Made by a program: the position numbers and the translations under genes. DNA of 20,525 nt, taken from the IMG/VR virus record IMGVR_UViG_3300005239_003333. The stretch is one strand, 5' to 3'. The stretch comes from an uncultured virus (IMG/VR IMGVR_UViG_3300005239_003333). Lineage: Duplodnaviria; Heunggongvirae; Uroviricota; Caudoviricetes. The notes beneath the pieces were generated by a model. The model did not search any database. It had not been told where the DNA came from and saw nothing but the letters and a program-made list of their open reading frames with translations. Positions 1 to 6,469 of the stretch are shown piece by piece. The stretch's first letter is position 1, and each line of letters begins with the position of its first letter.

Positions 1-10
1 CCTTCTCTCG

Positions 11-238
11 TTAAGCAGATACGATCGAGTTATTACGCAACGCTCGTGCCATTTCCCTAGGCGCTACCTTCTCCCACACTCCGGAGAACTGATTCTTCAT
101 TACCAGACGCTTTGCCTGATGACCTACGACGGAGAACGCTCCTGTTACGGGATTTCGCTCAAGCATTACGCTGAACAAATTCGGGTTACGAGTCTGTGAC
201 TCAACTTTACGACGGCTATTTACTTTACTTTTCTTCAT
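11..238 (-). CDS. hypothetical basic phage protein (75 aa)
   Basis: ORF; ATG lies 6 nt after the GGAACT-N4-TATAAT motif at 245-260. Confidence 0.8.
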   Translation of the reverse strand: MKKSKVNSRRKVESQTRNPNLFSVMLERNPVTGAFSVVGHQAKRLVMKNQFSGVWEKVAPREMARALRNNSIVSA

Positions 239-244
239 ATTCTA

Positions 245-260
245 ATTATATTGGAGTTCC
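245..260 (-). promoter_or_regulatory. early-type promoter motif GGAACT-CCAA-TATAAT
   Basis: one of 13 copies; ATG 6 nt downstream (238). Confidence 0.8.
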
Positions 261-274
261 TTTTTTAAATTATT

Positions 275-368
275 GCGAGAGATAGACTGTATTTTTTAAT
301 TGTATTTGTGGTTTTTAGTTATGAGCCTATCTCTCGCTGATCATCCGGTGATCGCAACCGGTTGATCT
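275..368 (-). ncRNA. candidate small structured RNA (two hairpins)
   Basis: directly downstream of promoter motif 375-390 with no ATG; hairpin 339-367 and 14-bp stem 275-288/324-337 (G-U pair on minus strand). Confidence 0.5.
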
Positions 369-374
369 ATATAT

Positions 375-390
375 ATTATAGCGTAGTTCC
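375..390 (-). promoter_or_regulatory. early-type promoter motif GGAACT-ACGC-TATAAT
   Basis: exact motif copy; followed by structured non-coding sequence. Confidence 0.75.
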
Positions 391-400
391 TAATGGCTAT

Positions 401-458
401 CGCCTGTGGGCGGCATAATGCTCAGGCGGGGCGCCTTCGGCGCTTTGCTCCTGCGGAG
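401..458. other. GC-rich triple-hairpin element
   Basis: inverted repeats 401-406/423-428, 431-443, 448-458 in an AT-rich context. Confidence 0.45.
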
Positions 459-461
459 GGC

Positions 462-623
462 TTACCAACTTATCCGACCATTGTACTTTGGAAGACTATT
501 ATACTGTCTATCGTACGGGTTAAGCTTTTTAGGCTCGGGGAGAGTGTCTTTGAATGGAGTATAGCCTCCGGTCGCTATCCGACGCATACGATCGGAGATT
601 ATCTGTGCTTTACCTGATTTCAT
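462..623 (-). CDS. hypothetical protein (53 aa, MKSGKAQIISDRMRRIATGG...ISW)
   Basis: manually translated; ATGA start/stop overlap with upstream ORF. Confidence 0.65.
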   Translation of the reverse strand: MKSGKAQIISDRMRRIATGGYTPFKDTLPEPKKLNPYDRQYNSLPKYNGRISW

Positions 624-781
624 AAGTTGTTTAGTTTACGCTGTTTTTTCTCCCATTGAATTTGTACTGCAAGAGGGTTACCTCCGAACTGGGGCATCAT
701 ACGCTTGAACGTTTCCCAAGAGGGTTTCGGTTCCGGCATATTATCCCAATGGGTCTTCTCTTCTTTTCTCGTTAAGGCCAT
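620..781 (-). CDS. hypothetical protein (53 aa, MALTRKEEKTHWDNMPEPKPSWETFKRMMP...NNL)
   Basis: manually translated; fills gap in minus-strand gene train. Confidence 0.65.
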   Translation of the reverse strand: MALTRKEEKTHWDNMPEPKPSWETFKRMMPQFGGNPLAVQIQWEKKQRKLNNL

Positions 782-814
782 TATATTGAATCGTTTATTA
801 TTTCAAAGTTTGTA

Positions 815-940
815 CTAGAGGAGGTTTAACCAAAAGAAAAGCCCCACGAGCATACATATAGAGAACACTGCTATAATCACCTTCTCGTGCGGTTGTAACG
901 GTTGGTTGTTATTACTGCGATTGTTCCTCGACTTCTCCAT
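815..940 (-). CDS. small membrane protein (41 aa, C-terminal hydrophobic helix)
   Basis: MEKSRNNRSNNNQPLQPHEKVIIAVFSICMLVGLFFWLNLL; starts 1 nt after upstream stop. Confidence 0.55.
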   Translation of the reverse strand: MEKSRNNRSNNNQPLQPHEKVIIAVFSICMLVGLFFWLNLL

Positions 941-941
941 G

Positions 942-1031
942 CTATGTTAGAATCAATGTTAATATACAACCTACCCCGATCGTTAGAAAGAGTAGTGCGA
1001 ATGCTAAGTCTGCTAGTTTTTGATTATCCAT
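942..1031 (-). CDS. small membrane peptide (29 aa)
   Basis: MDNQKLADLAFALLFLTIGVGCILTLILT; ATG 6 nt after promoter motif 1038-1053. Confidence 0.65.
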   Translation of the reverse strand: MDNQKLADLAFALLFLTIGVGCILTLILT

Positions 1032-1037
1032 ATTACT

Positions 1038-1053
1038 ATTATATTAATGTTCC
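1038..1053 (-). promoter_or_regulatory. early-type promoter motif variant GGAACA-TTAA-TATAAT
   Basis: 1 mismatch to consensus; ATG 6 nt downstream (1031). Confidence 0.7.
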
Positions 1054-1220
1054 TTAAAAAATTCTGATGACTCTTTCATTAGCTCGTTCCTTGCCTGTCT
1101 GGTAAACTCTATACCTGCCTCATAGAACTCTTCTGCCTGTTCATGAGTTATAGTGAAGCCATCGTTCGAAGAGATAAACTCTTTGTCGTCTGTTATGTCG
1201 ATTATATCAAAAGGATCCAT
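1044..1220 (-). CDS. hypothetical acidic protein (likely start MDPFDIID..., 58 aa)
   Basis: ORF track 1044..1265 uses a GTG inside a hairpin; ATG at 1220 just after the hairpin is more plausible. Confidence 0.65.
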   Translation of the reverse strand: MDPFDIIDITDDKEFISSNDGFTITHEQAEEFYEAGIEFTRQARNELMKESSEFFKEH

Positions 1221-1229
1221 GTTATCATT

Positions 1230-1273
1230 GGCCCGGGGTGCTGATTGCCATCTTAATAAATACACCCCGGGCC
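1230..1273. other. intergenic hairpin, perfect 11-bp GC stem
   Basis: GGCCCGGGGTG (1230-1240) / CACCCCGGGCC (1263-1273), 22-nt loop. Confidence 0.6.
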
Positions 1274-1284
1274 CTTCCGCTAAA

Positions 1285-1941
1285 TTATAATATATCTAAC
1301 CCCTGAGCTTTCATTAGATCAGAAAGAGAGTATCCATTACCGTCTTCGAATACATCGTAACATCTAGTACTCGTACCTACGACCTTCCGGCATGCCTGTC
1401 CTAAAGTCTTATACTTGATACCATCTACAATGTAACCTTCCTCAGTTAGAACACCGTTAGCATTAGAGAGATGAGTGGTAGTATATAATTCTATATCGCC
1501 AGTTATCATATGAAGTTCTCGCTCTAGTTTATGCCATGAATTACTTTTCTTAGCGCGCTTGAACTCTTTATCATTCTTATATTCTACTTCTAACTCTAAG
1601 TTTAAAACATCGCTCTTATATTTCAACTCATCAATGATAGCTGTAATGCCATCGATCAAAGTATCGTCATCATCTAGAATCCATTCACCTGCATACGGTA
1701 GACGGATGTTATGTATCAGAGATTCAACTAGATCTGCTACAGGTTCTTCAAAGTACCAAGCCTTAACAACGACATACCCAAAGGGCATTATCGTTCCGGC
1801 ATCACGCTTTAACTGCCCTTCACGAATGGGTAGCGATTTAACACCCTGGGTGATGCCTACTTTCTTACGATTGTTTACATCTACTTGTCCAAGAGGATCA
1901 AATGCTTGTCCTATATATAATACGTTCTTACTCATTACCAT
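1285..1941 (-). CDS. T5orf172/MUG113-like (GIY-YIG superfamily) protein, possible C-terminal DNA-binding (RAMA/DUF4357-like) domain
   Basis: LYI...KVGIT...R..QL...T.MPF...ESLIH...GEW pattern typical of T5orf172; true start may be 1935. Confidence 0.65.
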   Translation of the reverse strand: MVMSKNVLYIGQAFDPLGQVDVNNRKKVGITQGVKSLPIREGQLKRDAGTIMPFGYVVVKAWYFEEPVADLVESLIHNIRLPYAGEWILDDDDTLIDGITAIIDELKYKSDVLNLELEVEYKNDKEFKRAKKSNSWHKLERELHMITGDIELYTTTHLSNANGVLTEEGYIVDGIKYKTLGQACRKVVGTSTRCYDVFEDGNGYSLSDLMKAQGLDIL

Positions 1942-2399
1942 TTACAAAGGTCGTACGAATAACCTTCCAACTCTTCGTAGTCTGATTCCTTATAAAAACT
2001 ATGAACAGAGTTATTACTCTCTCTATTAGGATCATAGACGTTATCAGGTATACTAGTATCGATATTATTATCGGACATATCCCGAGCAATCTTAGTTTCA
2101 AGATAACCTCGAATGCGGCGATTAACAATAGTATCTAAAATTTCATCAGGAATTATGTTCGTGAAGTCATGCAATTGAACAGCGTAACTTTCCTTATTAC
2201 CATCCAAGCGACTTTCGATTGCTGCTTTGAAATCCTTAACACTCTTAGGATTGCAGAAGCGATAGTACTGAGTAGGATAAACCTCTTCATCTGCGAATAC
2301 ATTGCCTCCCATATAAGTTAGGCCTGCTTTCTCTGCATTACGTATTAACGTTATGCGATCTTTTTGCTTTTCAGCATCTGTTCGTGGTGTAAGTATCAT
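1935..2399 (-). CDS. hypothetical protein (154 aa)
   Basis: long ORF coupled to neighbours by overlaps. Confidence 0.75.
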   Translation of the reverse strand: MILTPRTDAEKQKDRITLIRNAEKAGLTYMGGNVFADEEVYPTQYYRFCNPKSVKDFKAAIESRLDGNKESYAVQLHDFTNIIPDEILDTIVNRRIRGYLETKIARDMSDNNIDTSIPDNVYDPNRESNNSVHSFYKESDYEELEGYSYDLCKW

Positions 2400-2620
2400 G
2401 ATTCTAGTTCTATTCCGTTATTAAGGTAAAGTTCAATTTGTTCTCTAGCATTAGTCGATATCGATAAACTCTTATCATCTCTCTTAGACAATGAATGCGC
2501 TAGCTCATAGCCTGCGGCACCTTCCGGAAGAGTTTCACCGTCACCGGTCTGACGATTTAGCATCATAAACCGATCACTCGAGAACATTAGAAACGTGGGT
2601 TGTGTTAATTTACTGTACAT
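2396..2620 (-). CDS. hypothetical protein (74 aa)
   Basis: ATG 6 nt after promoter motif; ATGA overlap with next gene. Confidence 0.8.
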   Translation of the reverse strand: MYSKLTQPTFLMFSSDRFMMLNRQTGDGETLPEGAAGYELAHSLSKRDDKSLSISTNAREQIELYLNNGIELES

Positions 2621-2626
2621 ACTATT

Positions 2627-2642
2627 ATTATATTATAGTTCC
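2627..2642 (-). promoter_or_regulatory. early-type promoter motif GGAACT-ATAA-TATAAT
   Basis: exact motif; overlaps the end of the upstream gene (..EEL*); ATG 6 nt downstream. Confidence 0.8.
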
Positions 2643-2890
2643 TCATCATGGTCATAATGCTTTAGAATCTCTCGTTCGTATAAGCTATTAAGGAACCGTC
2701 TTATATCTTTTGGTTGGTAATGAATATTATTAAAGAAAAAGTCTAGAAACTCATCCTGCAATTCCGGAAACTTTGCTTTGAACTTCGCAGGAAGCTTCTT
2801 AATGAACTTATCGAACATGCGGTCGTTCGCGTTACAACGCGATACAATCTCTTCTCTTATATCGAGAATGCTTTCTTCAGTCAGAGCCAT
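2633..2890 (-). CDS. hypothetical protein (85 aa)
   Basis: ORF in minus-strand train, ends in promoter motif. Confidence 0.75.
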   Translation of the reverse strand: MALTEESILDIREEIVSRCNANDRMFDKFIKKLPAKFKAKFPELQDEFLDFFFNNIHYQPKDIRRFLNSLYEREILKHYDHDEEL

Positions 2891-3089
2891 CTTTTAAACT
2901 CTCCTTTATAGTCTCTTGAAATTCATTCCATCCGAACCGTTCGCTATATGATACAACGAACCACAACCAACCTCGATGATGGTAAACGACACCTAGGTCT
3001 TCATGTTCACCTTCGTATTCAATCTCAACTCGTTCCCAAAACTTGGGTTCGAACTCAGTAACGTCTATGCAGTATTTTCCTATTCTCAT
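2877..3089 (-). CDS. hypothetical protein (70 aa)
   Basis: ORF in minus-strand train. Confidence 0.7.
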   Translation of the reverse strand: MRIGKYCIDVTEFEPKFWERVEIEYEGEHEDLGVVYHHRGWLWFVVSYSERFGWNEFQETIKESLKDGSD

Positions 3090-3115
3090 AAATTAATCTC
3101 TTAAGCAGTAAGACT

Positions 3116-3472
3116 CTATACACAATCAGGATACTGCTCGTCGCACCAATCATCCGGGTAACCATTCTCAAAGTCTATCGCGAACTTTGCTTCTGCTATC
3201 TTATCAGCTTCATACTGATCATAGATAATTTCTACCGCATACTTACCTTCTTGTTCTTTTGCATTAGGATAAACCTTTGCAAACAATTCAGGGTCGCCCC
3301 ATTGAAGATCTTGGTAATACATCTCCTTTTCGGAAGTATCATTTTCGTAAATAAATCTACGGATTGCTTTAACATCATGAGTAGTTACAAGATTGATCAT
3401 CTTGGTAAGATTTCCAACGTCTTTTAGCTTATAGCTAATTGACTGAGTAAGTTCGGTAATTAGTTTGTTCAT
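3116..3472 (-). CDS. hypothetical protein (118 aa)
   Basis: ATG 6 nt after promoter motif 3479-3494. Confidence 0.8.
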   Translation of the reverse strand: MNKLITELTQSISYKLKDVGNLTKMINLVTTHDVKAIRRFIYENDTSEKEMYYQDLQWGDPELFAKVYPNAKEQEGKYAVEIIYDQYEADKIAEAKFAIDFENGYPDDWCDEQYPDCV

Positions 3473-3478
3473 ACAATT

Positions 3479-3494
3479 ATTATATTAGAGTTCC
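3479..3494 (-). promoter_or_regulatory. early-type promoter motif GGAACT-CTAA-TATAAT
   Basis: exact motif; ATG 6 nt downstream (3472). Confidence 0.8.
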
Positions 3495-3769
3495 TCTTCT
3501 GGAATATCATCATCCGATTCTAAAGCTCTAAGCAGTTGCTTATCAGTAGTATAGAGTGTAAAGTACCTTCCAAAATGATCGTTAAATATCTTGACGAGGT
3601 CGTATAATCTCCAGACATCATCTGATCTGTAAATTTTTAATCTCATCACTATCATAATCTACTGCTTAGCGGTACTTGTAATATTCCCATCAAAGCAAAT
3701 GCATACATCTGGTCCATCTAGATCGATCTCACGTTGAGATTCTTGAAATGCTTTATGTCTAATGCTCAT
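3485..3769 (-). CDS. hypothetical protein(s): in-frame ORFs 3659-3769 (36 aa) and 3485-3655 (56 aa) separated by one TAG
   Basis: manual translation MSIRHKAF...TAKQ* I MIVMRLKIYRSDDVWRLYDL...DIPEEEL*; ATGA overlap at 3766-3769. Confidence 0.55.
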
Positions 3770-4122
3770 GATAATCCATATACAAGTTCTACCTCAACCT
3801 CATTACAAGGCTGGTCTAATTCTCTCCAACCATACGACTCGCAGAGGAACTGCTTACCTTTCACTTCGACTACATCACCGACCGAGAGCGAATAGTTACC
3901 AGGTTCTCTAAAGTCTTTAGCTAATGCCTGCTCCCAGTTAGAGAGGATCTCTTCCGGGGCGTTAAAGATATGGAACATCTGCTCTGCTCCTTCTTTACCT
4001 TCTTTGAGTTGAACAGGTCCAACGTTCGACGAAGTCTTAAAAACTTCTGTACGAGGACCAGCGTAGTCAGCTCCGTCTCCGAACTGATCTCTGCTTGATG
4101 TGGGTCGTATTATTCTTATCAT
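3766..4122 (-). CDS. YodL-like domain protein
   Basis: E.MFHIFN ... YSLSVGDVV ... FLCESYGW resembles the YodL SLSvsDVV signature; ATG 6 nt after promoter motif. Confidence 0.6.
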   Translation of the reverse strand: MIRIIRPTSSRDQFGDGADYAGPRTEVFKTSSNVGPVQLKEGKEGAEQMFHIFNAPEEILSNWEQALAKDFREPGNYSLSVGDVVEVKGKQFLCESYGWRELDQPCNEVEVELVYGLS

Positions 4123-4128
4123 ACTACA

Positions 4129-4144
4129 ATTATATTACAGTTCC
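4129..4144 (-). promoter_or_regulatory. early-type promoter motif GGAACT-GTAA-TATAAT
   Basis: exact motif; ATG 6 nt downstream (4122). Confidence 0.8.
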
Positions 4145-4314
4145 CGAAACTCTTTGCCCCATCTTGCTCCTCTAGTCCAAAGGTTGAATATCTCATCATT
4201 TGTATATCGGATCTCTTGAGTAGTCTTGCGTATCTCTTTAATATCGACGGGTTTAGAAGTAGATGCACATCCTGAGAGGAGGGTTAAAGCGCAAAGTAAG
4301 AGGGGGATTTTCAT
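4135..4314 (-). CDS. small lipoprotein (59 aa)
   Basis: MKIPLLLCALTLLSGC-ASTSKPV...: signal peptide with LSGC lipobox; ATG 6 nt after promoter motif; missing from ORF track. Confidence 0.75.
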   Translation of the reverse strand: MKIPLLLCALTLLSGCASTSKPVDIKEIRKTTQEIRYTNDEIFNLWTRGARWGKEFREL

Positions 4315-4320
4315 TCTATT

Positions 4321-4336
4321 ATTATACTATAGTTCC
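4321..4336 (-). promoter_or_regulatory. early-type promoter motif GGAACT-ATAG-TATAAT
   Basis: exact motif 4 nt after the tRNA CCA; ATG 6 nt downstream (4314). Confidence 0.8.
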
Positions 4337-4340
4337 AAAA

Positions 4341-4417
4341 TGGTGGGCCCGGTCGGACTTGAACCGACGACCAAACGATTATGAGTCGTTTGCTCTGACC
4401 AACTGAGCTACAGGCCC
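4341..4417 (-). tRNA. tRNA with CAT anticodon, most likely tRNA-Ile2 (lysidine type)
   Basis: GGGCCTG TAGCTCAGTTGGTCAGAGC A AACGA-CTCATAA-TCGTT ... GGTTCAAGTCC ... CGGGCCC ACCA; body resembles bacterial Ile2 rather than fMet; encoded CCA. Confidence 0.9.
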
Positions 4418-4427
4418 AATAATTCTA

Positions 4428-4943
4428 TTAACAAAATCTAGCAAATTCAAACTCAACCTGCTCTAGAGCGTTCTTCAGCTTAATCTCAAAAACACTCTCA
4501 ACTTTACGAGTTGGTCTCCATTCCTCACCAACGTTATCGATCATCGTTCCGTTCTTTACAGTAAAGACGTGACCTGATACTAGGATCAAATAGATACCTT
4601 TACTAAAGTCCTTAATGAAAGACTTAACAGTCTTCTTACGAGAAATATGCTCACCGTGAAGCTTATATACATTCGTAACCTTCTCGGGTGGAAGTACCTC
4701 GAGGTTAAACTCTACCCCATCGATCTCTTGAGTCTTGCCTTCAAGAGAAATTTTCCGACCAGTCGATTCCATATGCTTACAGCCTTTTTTATCTTCACGT
4801 TTGAAAGTCTCTTTCAAGTAGCTATGAGCAGCGTCATAGTCAACATCAAGTGCAGTTGTAAATGCACGTACCGAGCAATCATTCTTCTCAGAACTCTGCT
4901 TATCAGTAGATTTAATAATATCTTTAGCGTTTATGTATTCCAT
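4428..4943 (-). CDS. phage protein with DCxVRA motif, possible Cys-His-Asp peptidase-like fold
   Basis: NDCSVRAF...SGHVFTVKNGTMID pattern recurrent in phage proteins; function inferred only. Confidence 0.6.
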   Translation of the reverse strand: MEYINAKDIIKSTDKQSSEKNDCSVRAFTTALDVDYDAAHSYLKETFKREDKKGCKHMESTGRKISLEGKTQEIDGVEFNLEVLPPEKVTNVYKLHGEHISRKKTVKSFIKDFSKGIYLILVSGHVFTVKNGTMIDNVGEEWRPTRKVESVFEIKLKNALEQVEFEFARFC

Positions 4944-4978
4944 TTTAGTTTTAACAGGTTAATAATTTGTACTCTTTT

Positions 4979-4994
4979 ATTATATCATAGTTCC
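4979..4994 (-). promoter_or_regulatory. early-type promoter motif GGAACT-ATGA-TATAAT
   Basis: exact motif; ~30-nt A-rich leader without SD before ATG 4943. Confidence 0.75.
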
Positions 4995-4999
4995 GGAAA

Positions 5000-5191
5000 C
5001 TAGAAAGAGTGTTGAAGTTGCATGGCTTCGAGAATTGAGTCAATTTGATCACTAGCACGCTTAGTAGTACGGCAGTTATATCGACGAGCGGACCAATCAA
5101 AAGCTTCTACTTCTGAAAGAGTAGTTTCAGATTTAGTAGCCCAGTTAGTAAGAACAAACGTTCCGAAGTTATAATCTAATTCATATTCCAT
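5000..5191 (-). CDS. hypothetical protein (63 aa)
   Basis: ATG 6 nt after promoter motif 5198-5213. Confidence 0.8.
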   Translation of the reverse strand: MEYELDYNFGTFVLTNWATKSETTLSEVEAFDWSARRYNCRTTKRASDQIDSILEAMQLQHSF

Positions 5192-5197
5192 ACAACT

Positions 5198-5213
5198 ATT
5201 ATATTATAGTTCC
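5198..5213 (-). promoter_or_regulatory. early-type promoter motif GGAACT-ATAA-TATAAT
   Basis: exact motif; ATG 6 nt downstream (5191). Confidence 0.8.
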
Positions 5214-5496
5214 TCATCCGGAATGTCTTTGTCAAAAGGATGCTTATCGTCCTCATAAACTTCATACTTTGAATCATCCAAGCTAACAGCGTTTGATATG
5301 CTATTTCAAAATGCTTAGTTAAGTCTGGACCAAATGTACCTGTCCAATTTTTAAAAGGAGTGTGTGGAAGCTTTTCTCTATTTCGGAAATAACGTATAAA
5401 CTCGGGATGGTCTAAGGTTGATTGAAGGTTAAATATCATTCCCTTCTTCTCAGTCTCCATTATAACGAGATCCTTATCAATATCCGGTATATCCAT
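5204..5496 (-). CDS. hypothetical protein, probable 1-nt indel near 5292-5294 (true C-terminus ...NAVSLDDSKYEVYEDDKHPFDKDIPDEEL)
   Basis: adding one A to CAAACG joins the frames and gives a stop inside the promoter motif, as in neighbouring genes. Confidence 0.6.
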
Positions 5497-5545
5497 TGTT
5501 TAGTAACGTAAATGAATGTGTAACTATATTAAGAATTGCTTTACT

Positions 5546-6106
5546 TTACATATAATCTGAGATATCATTTACAGCCTCGACATGCCTTTGCTGAGCTATT
5601 TGAATTGCTTTTGCTTCAGCTGAATTACTTTCATATCTTTTCTCAGGCGGCGGACAACAAACATCTTCATAGTTTAAAGTACAAGATGAGAGCGACGTTG
5701 AATTATATTCGGGGCGGTTTAGATCTACAGAACCAATTCCATGATTACGTTCAACGTTTACAGCATAAGCAGTATTATTTCCATTGTTAATATCATTGAT
5801 TAGATATCGCTTACCTGGCCCTAGCCCCATTACTAAATGATCCCAAAATATACCAGCGTCAGTTAATAGCTCTTCGGTAACCTTCCTCATAGATTCTTTA
5901 CGACCTGTGGTTAAGATAATTCGATATCCATGTGTCTCCCATTCCCATAGCTTATCTAGAGTACCTGGTAATACCTCTAAAGCGTTATGACCTTTAGGAA
6001 GATCTTTAAAACCTTCCGTACCATCAGGGAACTTTACTAGAGTACCATCAATGTCGCAGAAAATTGTTTTTGTTGCGTTTTTAGCGTTGTTGTTTAGATC
6101 TTTCAT
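5546..6106 (-). CDS. HAD-superfamily phosphatase (capless, phage-type)
   Basis: motif I FCDIDGT, motif II ILTTGR, downstream LVMG...YLIND. Confidence 0.8.
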   Translation of the reverse strand: MKDLNNNAKNATKTIFCDIDGTLVKFPDGTEGFKDLPKGHNALEVLPGTLDKLWEWETHGYRIILTTGRKESMRKVTEELLTDAGIFWDHLVMGLGPGKRYLINDINNGNNTAYAVNVERNHGIGSVDLNRPEYNSTSLSSCTLNYEDVCCPPPEKRYESNSAEAKAIQIAQQRHVEAVNDISDYM

Positions 6107-6113
6107 ACCCCTT

Positions 6114-6129
6114 ATTATAAGACAGTTCC
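6114..6129 (-). promoter_or_regulatory. early-type promoter motif GGAACT-GTCT-TATAAT
   Basis: exact motif; ATG 7 nt downstream (6106). Confidence 0.8.
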
Positions 6130-6338
6130 TAACTGGTCGTCTTTGCGAACCCCATCAACATCAATACTAAAAGCAACCCGCCACCGATATACAATAATAT
6201 TGATTGCCAAAAGTCTTTATTTTTCCAGAAGGTCATTGAACCATAACCAGGGGAGCATACGACAGGTTTACTTTTATTCTGCTTATCGACCATTGTAATA
6301 TGCTCGCCTTTGACTCCGTTATATACTTTTTTTCTCAT
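6129..6338 (-). CDS. small membrane protein (C-terminal TM helix); likely start MRKKVYNG
   Basis: ILLYIGGGLLLVLMLMGF hydrophobic stretch; ATGA overlap with an upstream ORF fragment ending at 6335. Confidence 0.65.
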   Translation of the reverse strand: MRKKVYNGVKGEHITMVDKQNKSKPVVCSPGYGSMTFWKNKDFWQSILLYIGGGLLLVLMLMGFAKTTS

Positions 6339-6469
6339 AAATCCTCCAAATCTTTTACCCATTCATTTACCTCAGTAACTACAATACTAACTAACGCGCA
6401 GATATGTATAAGGTAACACTTGTAAAATTTGACATTACAATATTCATTANNNNNNNNNNNNNNNNNNNN

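Noticed and set aside
391..465. Degenerate tRNA (three stems, ends in CCA on the minus strand)
   Set aside because: No acceptor stem, no TTCRA T-loop and no 7-nt anticodon loop
3659..3661. Genome-wide TAG recoding (alternative genetic code)
   Set aside because: Long genes are open in the standard code, TAG ends several genes immediately before the next start or promoter, and no suppressor tRNA is seen
393..5790. Plus-strand ORFs 393..617, 1559..2029, 4647..5003, 5536..5790 and minus-strand 1928..2128
   Set aside because: Shadow or alternative frames over better supported minus-strand genes with promoter motifs and recognisable domains
245..6129. CRISPR array or attC-type integron array formed by the recurring motif
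   Set aside because: The repeat is only 12 conserved nt, non-palindromic and irregularly spaced with whole genes in between; its fixed distance to ATG fits a promoter
6404..6469. ATG at 6404 as the start of the 1115-aa ORF
   Set aside because: Joined to the main ORF only through an N-gap of arbitrary length; paralogue 2 has about 180 extra N-terminal residues
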